A DNA stretch of 64,000 nt. Source: an uncultured Actinomycetes bacterium. GTDB lineage: Bacteria > Actinomycetota > UBA4738 > HRBIN12. The position numbers and the translations under genes are program-made. Location of the stretch: the NCBI GenBank assembly GCA_963723855.1, contig CAVRSI010000019.1, positions 7,107-71,106 on the forward strand, written 5' to 3'. This document shows positions 18,053-27,071 of the stretch, one piece after another (the stretch's first letter is position 1; each line of letters starts with the position of its first letter). The notes beneath the pieces were generated by a model that made no database searches, was not told the DNA's origin, and worked only from the letters and a program-made list of their open reading frames with translations.

Positions 18053-19153
18053 TCAGCGAGCCGCGAGACGGCCGGCACGCTCCATCATCGGCAACACCCG
18101 GTCGACCGGCATCGCGTGCAGCGTGTTCCCGCCACGGCCCACGACGGTCTCGGCCGCGACGAGCGCGTTCACGACGGCTTCCTCGGTCGCCTCGATCGTC
18201 GCCGCGAACAGCCCGCCGAGGAGCCATGGCTCACCGGGACGGGCATCGGCCACCGCGCGCACATCCACGACCGGGTCGGCGGTCCGGACCGGGATCCGGT
18301 TGGCGGTCGAGAAGGCGAGCATCTGCTCACCCGATCCATTGGACGCCGTCGAGCCCGTACGTGCCAGCCCCATACCTGCGCGCTGCGCGACACGGCGGAG
18401 CTGGTGCGGGAGGAGCGGCGCGTCCGTGGCGACGACCACGATGCACGACCCTTCCGAATGGTCCACCGGCATCAGGTCGGTGATCTGCTCGCCCACGCGC
18501 ACGCCGTCGATGCGGAGATCCGGGCGGACCCCGAAGTTCGTGAGGACCAGCGCCCCCACGGTATACGCGCCGGCATCGGCCGGAAGCACGCGCGAGGCCG
18601 TGCCGATCCCGCCCTTGAAATCGAAGCACTGCATGCCCGTCCCCGCGCCGATGCACCCCTCGGACACATCGCCGTCGACCGCACCGTCCAGCGCCGCCGC
18701 CACGTCCTCGTCGGTGAGGGGGAACGACAGCACGTCGTTGAGGTCCGAGTCGTCGCACTCCGAGACCACCGGCATCACCTCGGCGCCGGCAGCCGGGTCG
18801 CGGCCGGCGAGCCACTTCACCGTGGCGTCGTACGCCTTCCCGATCGCGAGGCTCGACGTCAGCACGATCGGCGACATCAGGACGCCCCATTCCGTGATCT
18901 GGTTGATCCCGATCAACTCGCCGTACCCGTTGAGGATGTGGGTGGCGGCGTAGACCGGCTCGCGCCACGGATCGCCCTCATGCGGGAAGAGGGCCGTCAC
19001 GCCGGTTCGGATCGCGTGCGGATCCCCGTCGGCGCCCGTGACGATCGTCCGATGCCCCACGCGGACCCCGCTGACATCCGTGATCGCGTTCAAGACGCCG
19101 GGCTCGAGCCGCCCGATCTCGATCCCCAGCTCCCGTGCCCGCGGTCTCGCCAT
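18053..19153 (-). CDS. DmpA/P1-family (S58) aminopeptidase
   Basis: N-terminal GPLNAITDVSGVRVGH-type motif (GVLNAITDVSGVRVGHRT). Self-processing-site region GTNFGV/GGIGTAS-like blocks. Confidence 0.8.
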   Translation of the reverse strand: MARPRARELGIEIGRLEPGVLNAITDVSGVRVGHRTIVTGADGDPHAIRTGVTALFPHEGDPWREPVYAATHILNGYGELIGINQITEWGVLMSPIVLTSSLAIGKAYDATVKWLAGRDPAAGAEVMPVVSECDDSDLNDVLSFPLTDEDVAAALDGAVDGDVSEGCIGAGTGMQCFDFKGGIGTASRVLPADAGAYTVGALVLTNFGVRPDLRIDGVRVGEQITDLMPVDHSEGSCIVVVATDAPLLPHQLRRVAQRAGMGLARTGSTASNGSGEQMLAFSTANRIPVRTADPVVDVRAVADARPGEPWLLGGLFAATIEATEEAVVNALVAAETVVGRGGNTLHAMPVDRVLPMMERAGRLAAR

Positions 19154-19182
19154 CGGGCGGCTAGGATACGGCCGATCGCCCC

Positions 19183-20457
19183 ATGCCCATCCTCACCCTC
19201 GGGATCAGCTTCCGACACGCATCGATCGAGCTGCTGGAGCGGCTCTCGTTCGCCGACGACGAGCTCGTCAAGGCCTACCGTCACGTGCTCGACATGGACG
19301 CCGTCGACGAGGCGGTCATCCTGTCCACCTGCAACCGGGTCGAGATCACCGCGAACGTCCCCTCTTACCACGCCGGGTTCCTGGCGCTGAAGCGGGTGCT
19401 GACCGAGACGCGCGGTGTTGCTCCCGAGGAGCTGGCCGAGCCGCTCTACTCCCATTGGGAGCAGGACGCGGCCGACCACCTGTTCGCGGTGGCCGCGGGC
19501 CTGGACTCGATGGTGATCGGCGAGACGCAGATCCACGCGCAGGTCCGCGAGGCGCTGCGAACGGCCGAGGCCGAGGGAGCGTCGGGCCCCGCGATGCGCT
19601 CGCTGTTCCACGCGGCCGCGCGGGCGGGCCGCCGGGCGCGCGCCGAAACCTCGCTCGGCGCGGCGCCGGACGCGTTCGTCGCGCTCGGAGCCGATCTGGC
19701 GGCGGAGGAGCTGGGCGATCTCCGCGGCCGTCACGTGGTCGTGGTGGGCGCCGGCCGGATGGCCGGGCTCGCGGTGCGGCATCTGCACGGTCGTGGCGTC
19801 GGCAGCGTCCGGGTGCTGAACCGCTCGCTCGAACACGCGCGCACGTTGGCGGAGCGGACCGGCGACGACTTCGCGGGTCTCGACCATCTCTCCGCCGCCA
19901 TCGCGGACGCGGACCTGGTGGTCTCGGCGACCGGCGCCGCCGCGGCGGTGATCGATGCCGAGACCGTCGCGGCGGCGCTCGAGCGGACCCGTACCGCTCC
20001 GCTCGTCCTGCTGGATCTGGCCGTCCCTCGCGACGTCGACCCGGGCGTCGAGTCGCTGGACGGCGTGCGGCTGATCGACATCCGCGTCATCCGCGAACGG
20101 CTGATGGCGGCGGGCGACGCCACCGCCGACGACATCGCTCGGGCGCACGAGATCGTGGCCGAGGAGGTCCGGCGGTGGGTGGTGCGGCGCCGCTCCGACG
20201 CGCTCGCCCCGTTGATCCGGGCCGTGCAGGCGCGGGGCGAGGAGGCCGTCCGATCGGAGCTCGCTCGCTATGCGGGCCGCCTCTCCGACCTGACGCCCCG
20301 GGAGCGTGAGGCGGTCGAGGCGATCGCCCGGGGCGTGGCGGCGAAGCTCCTGCACGACCCGATCGTCGCCCTGAAGGAGCGATCCGAGCCCGGAGCCGAC
20401 GACCTGCACGCGAAGCTGCTGACCGAGCTCCTGCGCCTCGACCCCGACGACGAGTGA
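19183..20457 (+). CDS. hemA: Glutamyl-tRNA reductase
   Basis: LTLGISFRHASIELLERLSF, catalytic LSTCNRVE, and NADPH fold VVGAGRMAG. The 4-nt GTGA overlaps the hemC start. Confidence 0.9.
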   Translation: MPILTLGISFRHASIELLERLSFADDELVKAYRHVLDMDAVDEAVILSTCNRVEITANVPSYHAGFLALKRVLTETRGVAPEELAEPLYSHWEQDAADHLFAVAAGLDSMVIGETQIHAQVREALRTAEAEGASGPAMRSLFHAAARAGRRARAETSLGAAPDAFVALGADLAAEELGDLRGRHVVVVGAGRMAGLAVRHLHGRGVGSVRVLNRSLEHARTLAERTGDDFAGLDHLSAAIADADLVVSATGAAAAVIDAETVAAALERTRTAPLVLLDLAVPRDVDPGVESLDGVRLIDIRVIRERLMAAGDATADDIARAHEIVAEEVRRWVVRRRSDALAPLIRAVQARGEEAVRSELARYAGRLSDLTPREREAVEAIARGVAAKLLHDPIVALKERSEPGADDLHAKLLTELLRLDPDDE

Positions 20458-21353
20458 CGCTCCGGATCGGCACGCGCCGCTCTCCGCTCGCCCTGGCTCA
20501 GGCGGAGGAGGTCCGCCGCAGGCTCTCGGAGCACGGCGTGGAGTCAGAGATCGTGCCGATGTCGACATCGGGCGACGAGGGAGCGCCGTCCGGCGAGGCG
20601 CCCGCGGGCCTGAAAGGCTTGTTCGTCGACACGATCCTCGACGCGCTCGAACGTGACGAGATCGACGTGGCCGTCCATTCCGCCAAGGACCTTCCGGCCG
20701 AGGACGACGAGGGGCTGATCATCGCCGCCGTCCCTCCCCGGCTGGACGCCGCCGATGTCCTGGTGCTGCGGGAGGCGTCGCTCCGCACCGGGGCCGTGAT
20801 CGGGACGTCGAGCATCCGCCGGCGCGCACAGCTCCTCCGGGCGTTCCCCGGGGTGACCGTGGAAGACCTTCGCGGGAACGTCGACACGCGACTGCGCAAG
20901 GTGGCCGAGGGCGTCGTCGACGCAGCGGTGCTCGCGCTCGCGGGGCTGACGCGCCTCGGGATCGCCGCGCCCCATTCCGCTCCCCTCGGGATGGACGTGA
21001 TGGTTCCCGCACCCGGACAGGGAGCGCTCGCGCTCCAGGCGCGCGCCGACGACCTCGCGACGCTCACCGCCTTGGCACCGCTCGACCATGCCGAGAGCCG
21101 GACGGCGCTCGAGGCGGAGCGCTCGTTGATGTGGCGGATCGGCGGCAGCTGTGCGCTCCCGCTCGGCGCACTCGCCACCGTCCACGGAGGCCGCATCGAG
21201 ATGGTCGCCGTCGTCATCGCCCCCGACGGTTCGCGGGTGGCGCGGGTCGAGGTCGTGTCCGACTCCCCCGAGGGAGCGGCCGCCCAAGCGACCAAGGAGC
21301 TCATCGCCGAGGGCGCCGAAGAGATCCTCGAGGCGCTGGACGACGACCGGTGA
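20454..21353 (+). CDS. hemC: Hydroxymethylbilane synthase (porphobilinogen deaminase)
   Basis: RIGTRRSPLALAQA, AVHSAKDLP, RGNVDTRL, and the cofactor-Cys region GGSCALPLGA. Confidence 0.9.
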   Translation: MTLRIGTRRSPLALAQAEEVRRRLSEHGVESEIVPMSTSGDEGAPSGEAPAGLKGLFVDTILDALERDEIDVAVHSAKDLPAEDDEGLIIAAVPPRLDAADVLVLREASLRTGAVIGTSSIRRRAQLLRAFPGVTVEDLRGNVDTRLRKVAEGVVDAAVLALAGLTRLGIAAPHSAPLGMDVMVPAPGQGALALQARADDLATLTALAPLDHAESRTALEAERSLMWRIGGSCALPLGALATVHGGRIEMVAVVIAPDGSRVARVEVVSDSPEGAAAQATKELIAEGAEEILEALDDDR

Positions 21354-22099
21354 AGCCGCTCGCCGGCCGGACCGTCCTGGTGACGAGACCGGCCGATCAG
21401 TCCGTCGAGCTCGTGCGTCGTCTGCGCAGCCTCGGAGCCACGGCGATCGTGGCGCCGACGATCGAGATCGCGCCCGCGCGATCCGCCGAGCTCACGACGG
21501 CGCTGCGCGACCTGTCGGCGGGCCGGTTCGCGTGGATCACGCTCACCAGCCGTGCGACGGTGGAGATGCTGGCGTCGCGACTGGATTCTCCGTCGGCCGT
21601 CCGCGCGAAGGTGGCCGCGATCGGCGAGGGTACGAGCACGGCGTTCCGCGCCTGGACGCGGCGCACCCCCGACCTGATGCCCACGACGTTCACCACGGCC
21701 GGGCTTGCCCGCGCCTTCCCGCGCGGCACCGGGCGCGTCCTCTGTGCCAGGGCCGACATCGCCCCCGCGGGTCTCGAGGATGCGATCGCGACGAAGGGTT
21801 GGTCCCCGCTCCGCGTCGACGCGTACCGGACACGCCTGGCGCGGTCCCTCCCCCCCGATGCGCGCGCGGCGCTCCGCGACGGTCGGGTCGACGCCATCAC
21901 GTTCACCAGCGCATCGACCGTGCGCGGGTTCGTCGGGGCCATGGGGGTGGTCCGGGGGAACCCGAAGGTCGTGAGCATCGGTCCGGTCACGGCCCGCGAG
22001 GCTCGGGAGCACGGCCTGCGCGTGTCGGCCGTCGCCCGCCCGCACACGATCGAGGGCCTGGTCGCGGCCCTGGAACGGGTCCTCGGCGCTCCTCGGTAG
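21350..22099 (+). CDS. hemD: Uroporphyrinogen-III synthase
   Basis: The GTG at 21350 overlaps the hemC stop (GTGA). HEM4-like sequence LAGRTVLVTRPADQ...FTSASTVRGF. It sits between hemC and hemB. Confidence 0.8.
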   Translation: MKPLAGRTVLVTRPADQSVELVRRLRSLGATAIVAPTIEIAPARSAELTTALRDLSAGRFAWITLTSRATVEMLASRLDSPSAVRAKVAAIGEGTSTAFRAWTRRTPDLMPTTFTTAGLARAFPRGTGRVLCARADIAPAGLEDAIATKGWSPLRVDAYRTRLARSLPPDARAALRDGRVDAITFTSASTVRGFVGAMGVVRGNPKVVSIGPVTAREAREHGLRVSAVARPHTIEGLVAALERVLGAPR

Positions 22100-22108
22100 A
22101 ATCGCCCG

Positions 22109-23092
22109 ATGAGCTTCCCCCAGCAGCGACCCCGACGGATGCGGCGCACGCCCGCGCTCCGAGCGCTGATCCGCGAGACCGAGCTCGCTCCCCGGCAGCT
22201 GATCGCCCCGCTGTTCGTGAAGGAGGGCATCGCAGACGCCCTGCCCATCGCGTCGATGCCGGGGCAGTTCCAGCACACGCTCGAGACGCTCCGCAAGGAG
22301 GCGACCGACATCGCGTCGCGGGGCGTGATCGCGTTCATGCTGTTCGGTGTGCCGGAGCGCAAGGACGCCGAAGGGTCGGAGGCATGGAACCCCGATGGCA
22401 TCGCGCAACGGGCGCTCAAGACGCTCCGGGACGAGCTCGGCGACGACCACGTCGTGATCGCCGATCTCTGCCTGGACGAGTACACCGAACACGGGCACTG
22501 CGGCGTGCTCGCCGAGGACGGCAGTGTGGACAACGACGCCACGCTCGAGCGCTACCGGCGGATCGCGGTCGCGCAGGCCGAGGCCGGTGCCCACATGGTC
22601 GGGCCGAGCGGGATGATGGACGGACAGGTCGCCGCCATACGCGACGCGCTGGACGCGACCGGTCACGACGGGGTCGGCATCATGGCCTACGCCGCCAAGT
22701 TCGCGAGCGCGTTGTACGGACCGTTCCGCGACGCCGCGGAGTGCGCGCCGAAGTTCGGCGACCGCGCCGGGTACCAGATGGATCCGGCCAACGGCGACGA
22801 AGCGATCCGCGAGATCGTCACCGACATCGGCGAGGGGGCGGACATCGTGATGGTGAAGCCCGCCGTCCCCTACCTGGATGTGATCCGCCGCGCGAAGGAC
22901 GCGACGGCGTTCCCGATGGCCGCGTATCACGTGTCCGGCGAGTACGCCATGATCAAGGCCGCCGTGCAGAACGGATGGCTGGACGAGCGTCGAACCGTGC
23001 TGGAGATCCTGACGTCGATCCGCCGAGCCGGCGCCGACCTGATCCTGACGTACCACGCGAAGGACGCGGCGGATTGGATCGCCCAAGGTTGA
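22109..23092 (+). CDS. hemB: Porphobilinogen synthase (ALA dehydratase)
   Basis: RPRRMRRTPALR..., and the Schiff-base lysine context DIVMVKPAVPYLDV. No Cys-rich zinc site is obvious. Confidence 0.9.
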   Translation: MSFPQQRPRRMRRTPALRALIRETELAPRQLIAPLFVKEGIADALPIASMPGQFQHTLETLRKEATDIASRGVIAFMLFGVPERKDAEGSEAWNPDGIAQRALKTLRDELGDDHVVIADLCLDEYTEHGHCGVLAEDGSVDNDATLERYRRIAVAQAEAGAHMVGPSGMMDGQVAAIRDALDATGHDGVGIMAYAAKFASALYGPFRDAAECAPKFGDRAGYQMDPANGDEAIREIVTDIGEGADIVMVKPAVPYLDVIRRAKDATAFPMAAYHVSGEYAMIKAAVQNGWLDERRTVLEILTSIRRAGADLILTYHAKDAADWIAQG

Positions 23093-23093
23093 C

Positions 23094-23534
23094 GTGACGA
23101 TCACCGTCCGTCAGGCGACCCCGGACGACCTCGACGCGATCGTGATGTTGCTCGGCGCGCTCCACGACCCCTCGAGGGCGACCGCCGACGCCGAGTCGTG
23201 GAAGGCGATGCTCGCCCAGACCGGCCGGACGATCCTGCTCGCCGAACGGGACGGCGGCCCGGTCGGGACGGCCGACCTGTGGATCGCCCCGACCCTGCTG
23301 AACGGAGCCATCCCGCGAGCGTTCGTGAACTACGTGGCCGTATCGACGTCCGCTCGACGGAGCGGCGTCGGCAGGGCACTGATGGAAGATGCCCACCGCC
23401 GTGCGGCCGAGGCGGGATGCGGTGACGTGGTGCTGATGTCAGGCGACCATCGCCCGGACGCCCACCGCTTCTACGACGCGCTCGGCTACGAACGGTGCGC
23501 CGTCGGGTTCCGGAAGCAACTGCGAGAGGAGTAG
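23094..23534 (+). CDS. GNAT family N-acetyltransferase
   Basis: 146 aa with the acetyl-CoA motif RRSGVGRALME. Confidence 0.75.
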   Translation: MTITVRQATPDDLDAIVMLLGALHDPSRATADAESWKAMLAQTGRTILLAERDGGPVGTADLWIAPTLLNGAIPRAFVNYVAVSTSARRSGVGRALMEDAHRRAAEAGCGDVVLMSGDHRPDAHRFYDALGYERCAVGFRKQLREE

Positions 23535-23540
23535 CGATCG

Positions 23541-23970
23541 ATGGCCTTTGCGATGCAGGTGACGTTCGATGCGGCGGATCCGGCCGCGCTTGCCGGATTC
23601 TGGAAGCAGGTCTTGGGCTACATCGAGGAACCGCCGCCCGAGGGGTGGTCGTCCTGGGAAGACTGGGCACGCGAGAAGGACATCCCCGAGGAGCGCTGGA
23701 ACGATCAGAGCGCGATCGATCGATCCGGAGGGAGCCGGGCCGCGGGTCTTCTTCCAGCGGGTCCCGGAAGGAAAGAACACGAAGAATCGCGTGCACCTCG
23801 ACGTGCGCGCGGCGCCCGGTCTCGACCCCGTCGCCCGTCGCGCGCGGCTGACGGAGGAGTCGGAGCGACTCATCGGTATCGGCGCGACGAAGCTCTACGA
23901 GATCGAGGAGCCCGGCGAGTACTGGATCACCATGCAGGATCCGGAAGGAAACGAGTTCTGCTTGGACTGA
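23541..23970 (+). pseudogene. VOC/glyoxalase-fold protein disrupted by a 4-nt repeat expansion
   Basis: ORF 23541.. reads ...NDQSAID, then ORF 23569..23970 continues PEGAGPRVFFQRVPE...HLDV...DPEGNEFCL. The switch lies in gcgatcgatcgatcc (23713-23725), which holds three cgat units where two would keep the frame. Confidence 0.65.
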
Positions 23971-23992
23971 TCCGCCACGTACCATCGTTCGC

Positions 23993-25268
23993 GTGAGCGA
24001 TTCCGACGACCTCTTCGCCCGTGCCTCCAACGTGATCCCCGGGGGCGTCGACTCCCCGGTGCGCGCGTTCGGAGCGGTCGGCGGGACACCGCGATCCATC
24101 GAGCGAGGCGAGGGCGCCTACCTGATCGATGTCGACGGCGTGCGGTACGTGGACTACGTGCAGTCGTGGGGAGCGTTGTTGTTCGGGCACGCCCGTCCCG
24201 AGATCGTCCAAGCCGCGACGGCGGCGGCCGCCCGCGGGACGTCGTTCGGGGCGCCGACGGCCGGTGAGGTCGAGCTCGCCGAGCGGATCGTGGCGGCCGT
24301 CCCGGGCATCGACATGATGCGCCTGGTCTCGTCGGGCACCGAGGCGACGATGAGTGCGATCAGGCTCGCGCGAGGCGTCACGGCGCGCGACCTGTTGGTC
24401 AAGTTCGAGGGTTGCTATCACGGTCACTCGGACTCGCTGCTCGCGAAGAGGGGCCGGCTCGGGCGTCGCGACGTTCGGCATCCCTGGGTCACCAGGCGTG
24501 ACGGAAGGAGCGGCGAGGGACACGATCACGGCCCCCTTCAACGACCTGGATGCCGTCCGGGCCATCTTCGGAGAACGCGGTCGCGAGATCGCGGTCGTCG
24601 TGGTCGAGCCCGTCGCCGCGAACATGGGGGTCGTGCCGCCGGAGCCGGGCTTCCTCGAAGGGCTCCGCGCGCTCTGCGACGAGCACGGCGCTCTGCTCTT
24701 CTTCGACGAGGTGATCACCGGCTTCCGGATCGCGTACGAAGGGGCCGGCTCGGTGTACGGCGTGACACCCGATCTGACCGCATTGGGGAAGGTCATGGGT
24801 GGCGGGTTCCCCTGCGCGGCGTTCGGCGGACGCCGGGCCGTGATGCAGCAGCTCGCGCCGACGGGTCCCGTCTATCAAGCCGGCACGCTGAGCGGGAACC
24901 CGGTCGCGGTGGCAGCCGGCATCGCGGCGCTGGACCTCGCCGATCGCGAGCGACCGTACGACGCGCTCGAGCGGCGCGCCATCGACCTCACGGACGGTCT
25001 CGCAGCTCGGTTCGCCGCCGTCGGCATCGCCGTCACCGTGAACCGCGCACGATCGATGTTCAGCGTGTTCTTCACGGATCGCCCAGTACGCAACTTCGAA
25101 GACGCGAAGGCCGCCGATCACGAGCGGTACGCGCGCTTCTTCCATCACATGCTGGACCGCGGCGTCTACCTCCCGCCGTCCGGCTATGAGCTGTGGAGCC
25201 TCTGCACCGCGCACGACGACGCCACGACCGAGCGAACGCTCGAGGCCGCGGCGTCGTTCGAGGGCTGA
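23993..25268 (+). CDS. hemL: Glutamate-1-semialdehyde 2,1-aminomutase (frame disrupted near 24447-24453 in this sequence)
   Basis: [14 protein letters not shown]...[13 protein letters not shown] in ORF 23993... then [16 protein letters not shown]...FDEVITGFR...GKVMGGGFP in ORF 24354..25268. Four extra nt (aggg) sit at the junction. Confidence 0.85.
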
Positions 25269-25271
25269 CCG

Positions 25272-25721
25272 TCAGGCGACGGCGGGTCGCTCGGTCTCCT
25301 CGCGGACGTCCACGCCGTCGATATGCATCGCGACGCAATACGTCCCCGACGTCTTCCCGAGCCCGTCCGTGACGGGGCCGACACGGCAGCGGACGCTGAC
25401 CCGATCCCCCTTCAGAGCGAACGTCGCGGCGTCTCCCCCGAGCGCAAGGATGTGCGCATCCAGGAGCGACGCGTTCGGCCCTTCCAGCCCGAAGATCTCC
25501 AGCAGGTCGCGCCCCTTGCACGCGTCCGCGGACCGACCGATCACCGATGCGGCGGCATCGCTCACGCTCTGCAATCGAAGCGCGCCGTCCGTCGTCCAGA
25601 AGAACACGGGCTCGTCGATCGTTGGATCAACGACGACCCGCGGCGCCGGGCGCGGAACCTGCTGGGTCGTGATCGGTACCTGGTCGGTGATGCCGATCAG
25701 CTCCCACTGCCGCATGCACAT
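25272..25721 (-). CDS. Small stand-alone PAS-fold protein
   Basis: About 150 aa, with a PAS-like pattern (FFWTTDGALRLQSVSDAAASVIGRSADACKGRDLLEIF...). The upstream ORF extension is non-coding-like. Confidence 0.5.
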   Translation of the reverse strand: MCMRQWELIGITDQVPITTQQVPRPAPRVVVDPTIDEPVFFWTTDGALRLQSVSDAAASVIGRSADACKGRDLLEIFGLEGPNASLLDAHILALGGDAATFALKGDRVSVRCRVGPVTDGLGKTSGTYCVAMHIDGVDVREETERPAVA

Positions 25722-25941
25722 CCCCCTCGATCGGTGTCCGGTTCGATTGTGGGCGGCGAAGCGGGCGCCGCACATCGGGGCACCGGCCGATTCGCGCGTG
25801 CCCTCGGAGGGACACTCCATCGAGGGAGGGGCCATACCCGGTCGGACTACATCGGATGACCGGCACGGTCGGAACGACCGCCCCGTTCCACGATGGGAGG
25901 ATCGGCGAAAGGCTGAGGAACGCGGCGAGGCGGGCGGGCCG

Positions 25942-27017
25942 TCAGGGCCGGAGCAGGTACAACCGGAACGAATCGTCCTCGATCGGCAGGACGTCGAAGC
26001 CGGCGAATCCCGCCTCGCGCGCATACGACCGGAGCGTCGATGGACGCATCACCGTGCCGGTGCCGGCCGAGCCGGGATCGGTCATCGCCGTCGGGAGGCA
26101 GGCGAACAGGCTCCATCCGTAGTGATACCGATCGAGATCGTCCTCGGCTCCGGTGAACTCGTCGTTGGTGGGCTCGTCGGCGACGAACACCACGCCGCCG
26201 CCGGTGAGCAACCCGCGCGCCACCCTCAGGGCGTCGACCGGCCGCGACATGTCGTGCAGGCACTCGAAGAACGTGACCACGTCGTACGCACCGGCATCTC
26301 CCGGCTCACCGGCATCCCGCGCCTGGAACGACACGCGGTCGGCCACGCCGCTCGTCTCGGCGTTACGGCGCGCGAACGCGAGCGACTCCTCATCCCTGTC
26401 GAAGCCGTCCACCCGCACGCCGGGATACGCCCCTGCGATCGCGATCGACGACCACCCCGTGCCACAGCCGATGTCGGCCACACGGGCCGGTGGCGTCGTG
26501 CGCAGGCGGCCGTGGATCTCGGGGATCTTCGGCAGCCAGTCCCTCGGCAGCACCTGGAGGTAGATCGGTCGGTTCGAGTCACCGACCGCTTCGCGCGAAT
26601 CCGTTCCGTACGCGTCCCACGAGACGCCGCCGCCGGTGCGGTACGCATCGACCAACGCATCCATCACCGGCGTGAGCGTCATCAGGCTGCGGACGGTCGG
26701 CATCATGTACGACAGGCTGTCGCGGTCGAGCAGCACCTCCGCGTGGCCCGCCGGGAGCGAGAAGCGGAGCACGTGCCGGGTCCGACGCCGTCCGCGCGAA
26801 CGATCCCGGCCGCCGTCTGCTGCTCGAGCCACTCGCGGGCGTATCGCTCGGCGATCCCGGCGCGGCTCGGCGAGCTCGGACGGCGTGGCGCCGCCGCCTT
26901 CGGCGAGCGCCGCGTACAGTCCCAGCCGGTCGCCCAGCCGGATCGACAGGATGTCGAAGAAGCCGAGCGCCGACCCGTGGAGGCGCTCCGCGAACGCGTC
27001 ACGCTCGACCGCGACAT
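25942..27017 (-). CDS. Class I SAM-dependent methyltransferase with an N-terminal winged-helix domain (2-3 frame disruptions)
   Basis: SAM motif VADIGCGTGWSSIAIA...VDGFD. The N-terminal wHTH is readable only by switching frames near 26870 and back near 26780 (ELAE / RAGIAERYAREWLEQQTAAGIV / RHVLRFSLP). The ATG at 27017 is in the shifted frame. Confidence 0.7.
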
Positions 27018-27071
27018 CCGTCTGGCATGACCGGGAGCCTATGAGGATGGGGAGGCTGCCGCCAGCCGGCG

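Noticed and set aside
20498-23104. An 868-aa ORF on the minus strand, the longest intact-looking ORF in the region.
   Set aside because: It lies antisense to hemC, hemD and hemB, all of which have unmistakable motifs. Its translation is Arg/Pro/Gly/Ala-rich with no recognisable domain. This is the typical shadow ORF of high-GC DNA. The same reasoning applies to 1021..1914, 17177..17923, 27123..28697, 53376..54755, 56248..57534 and 58346..59587.
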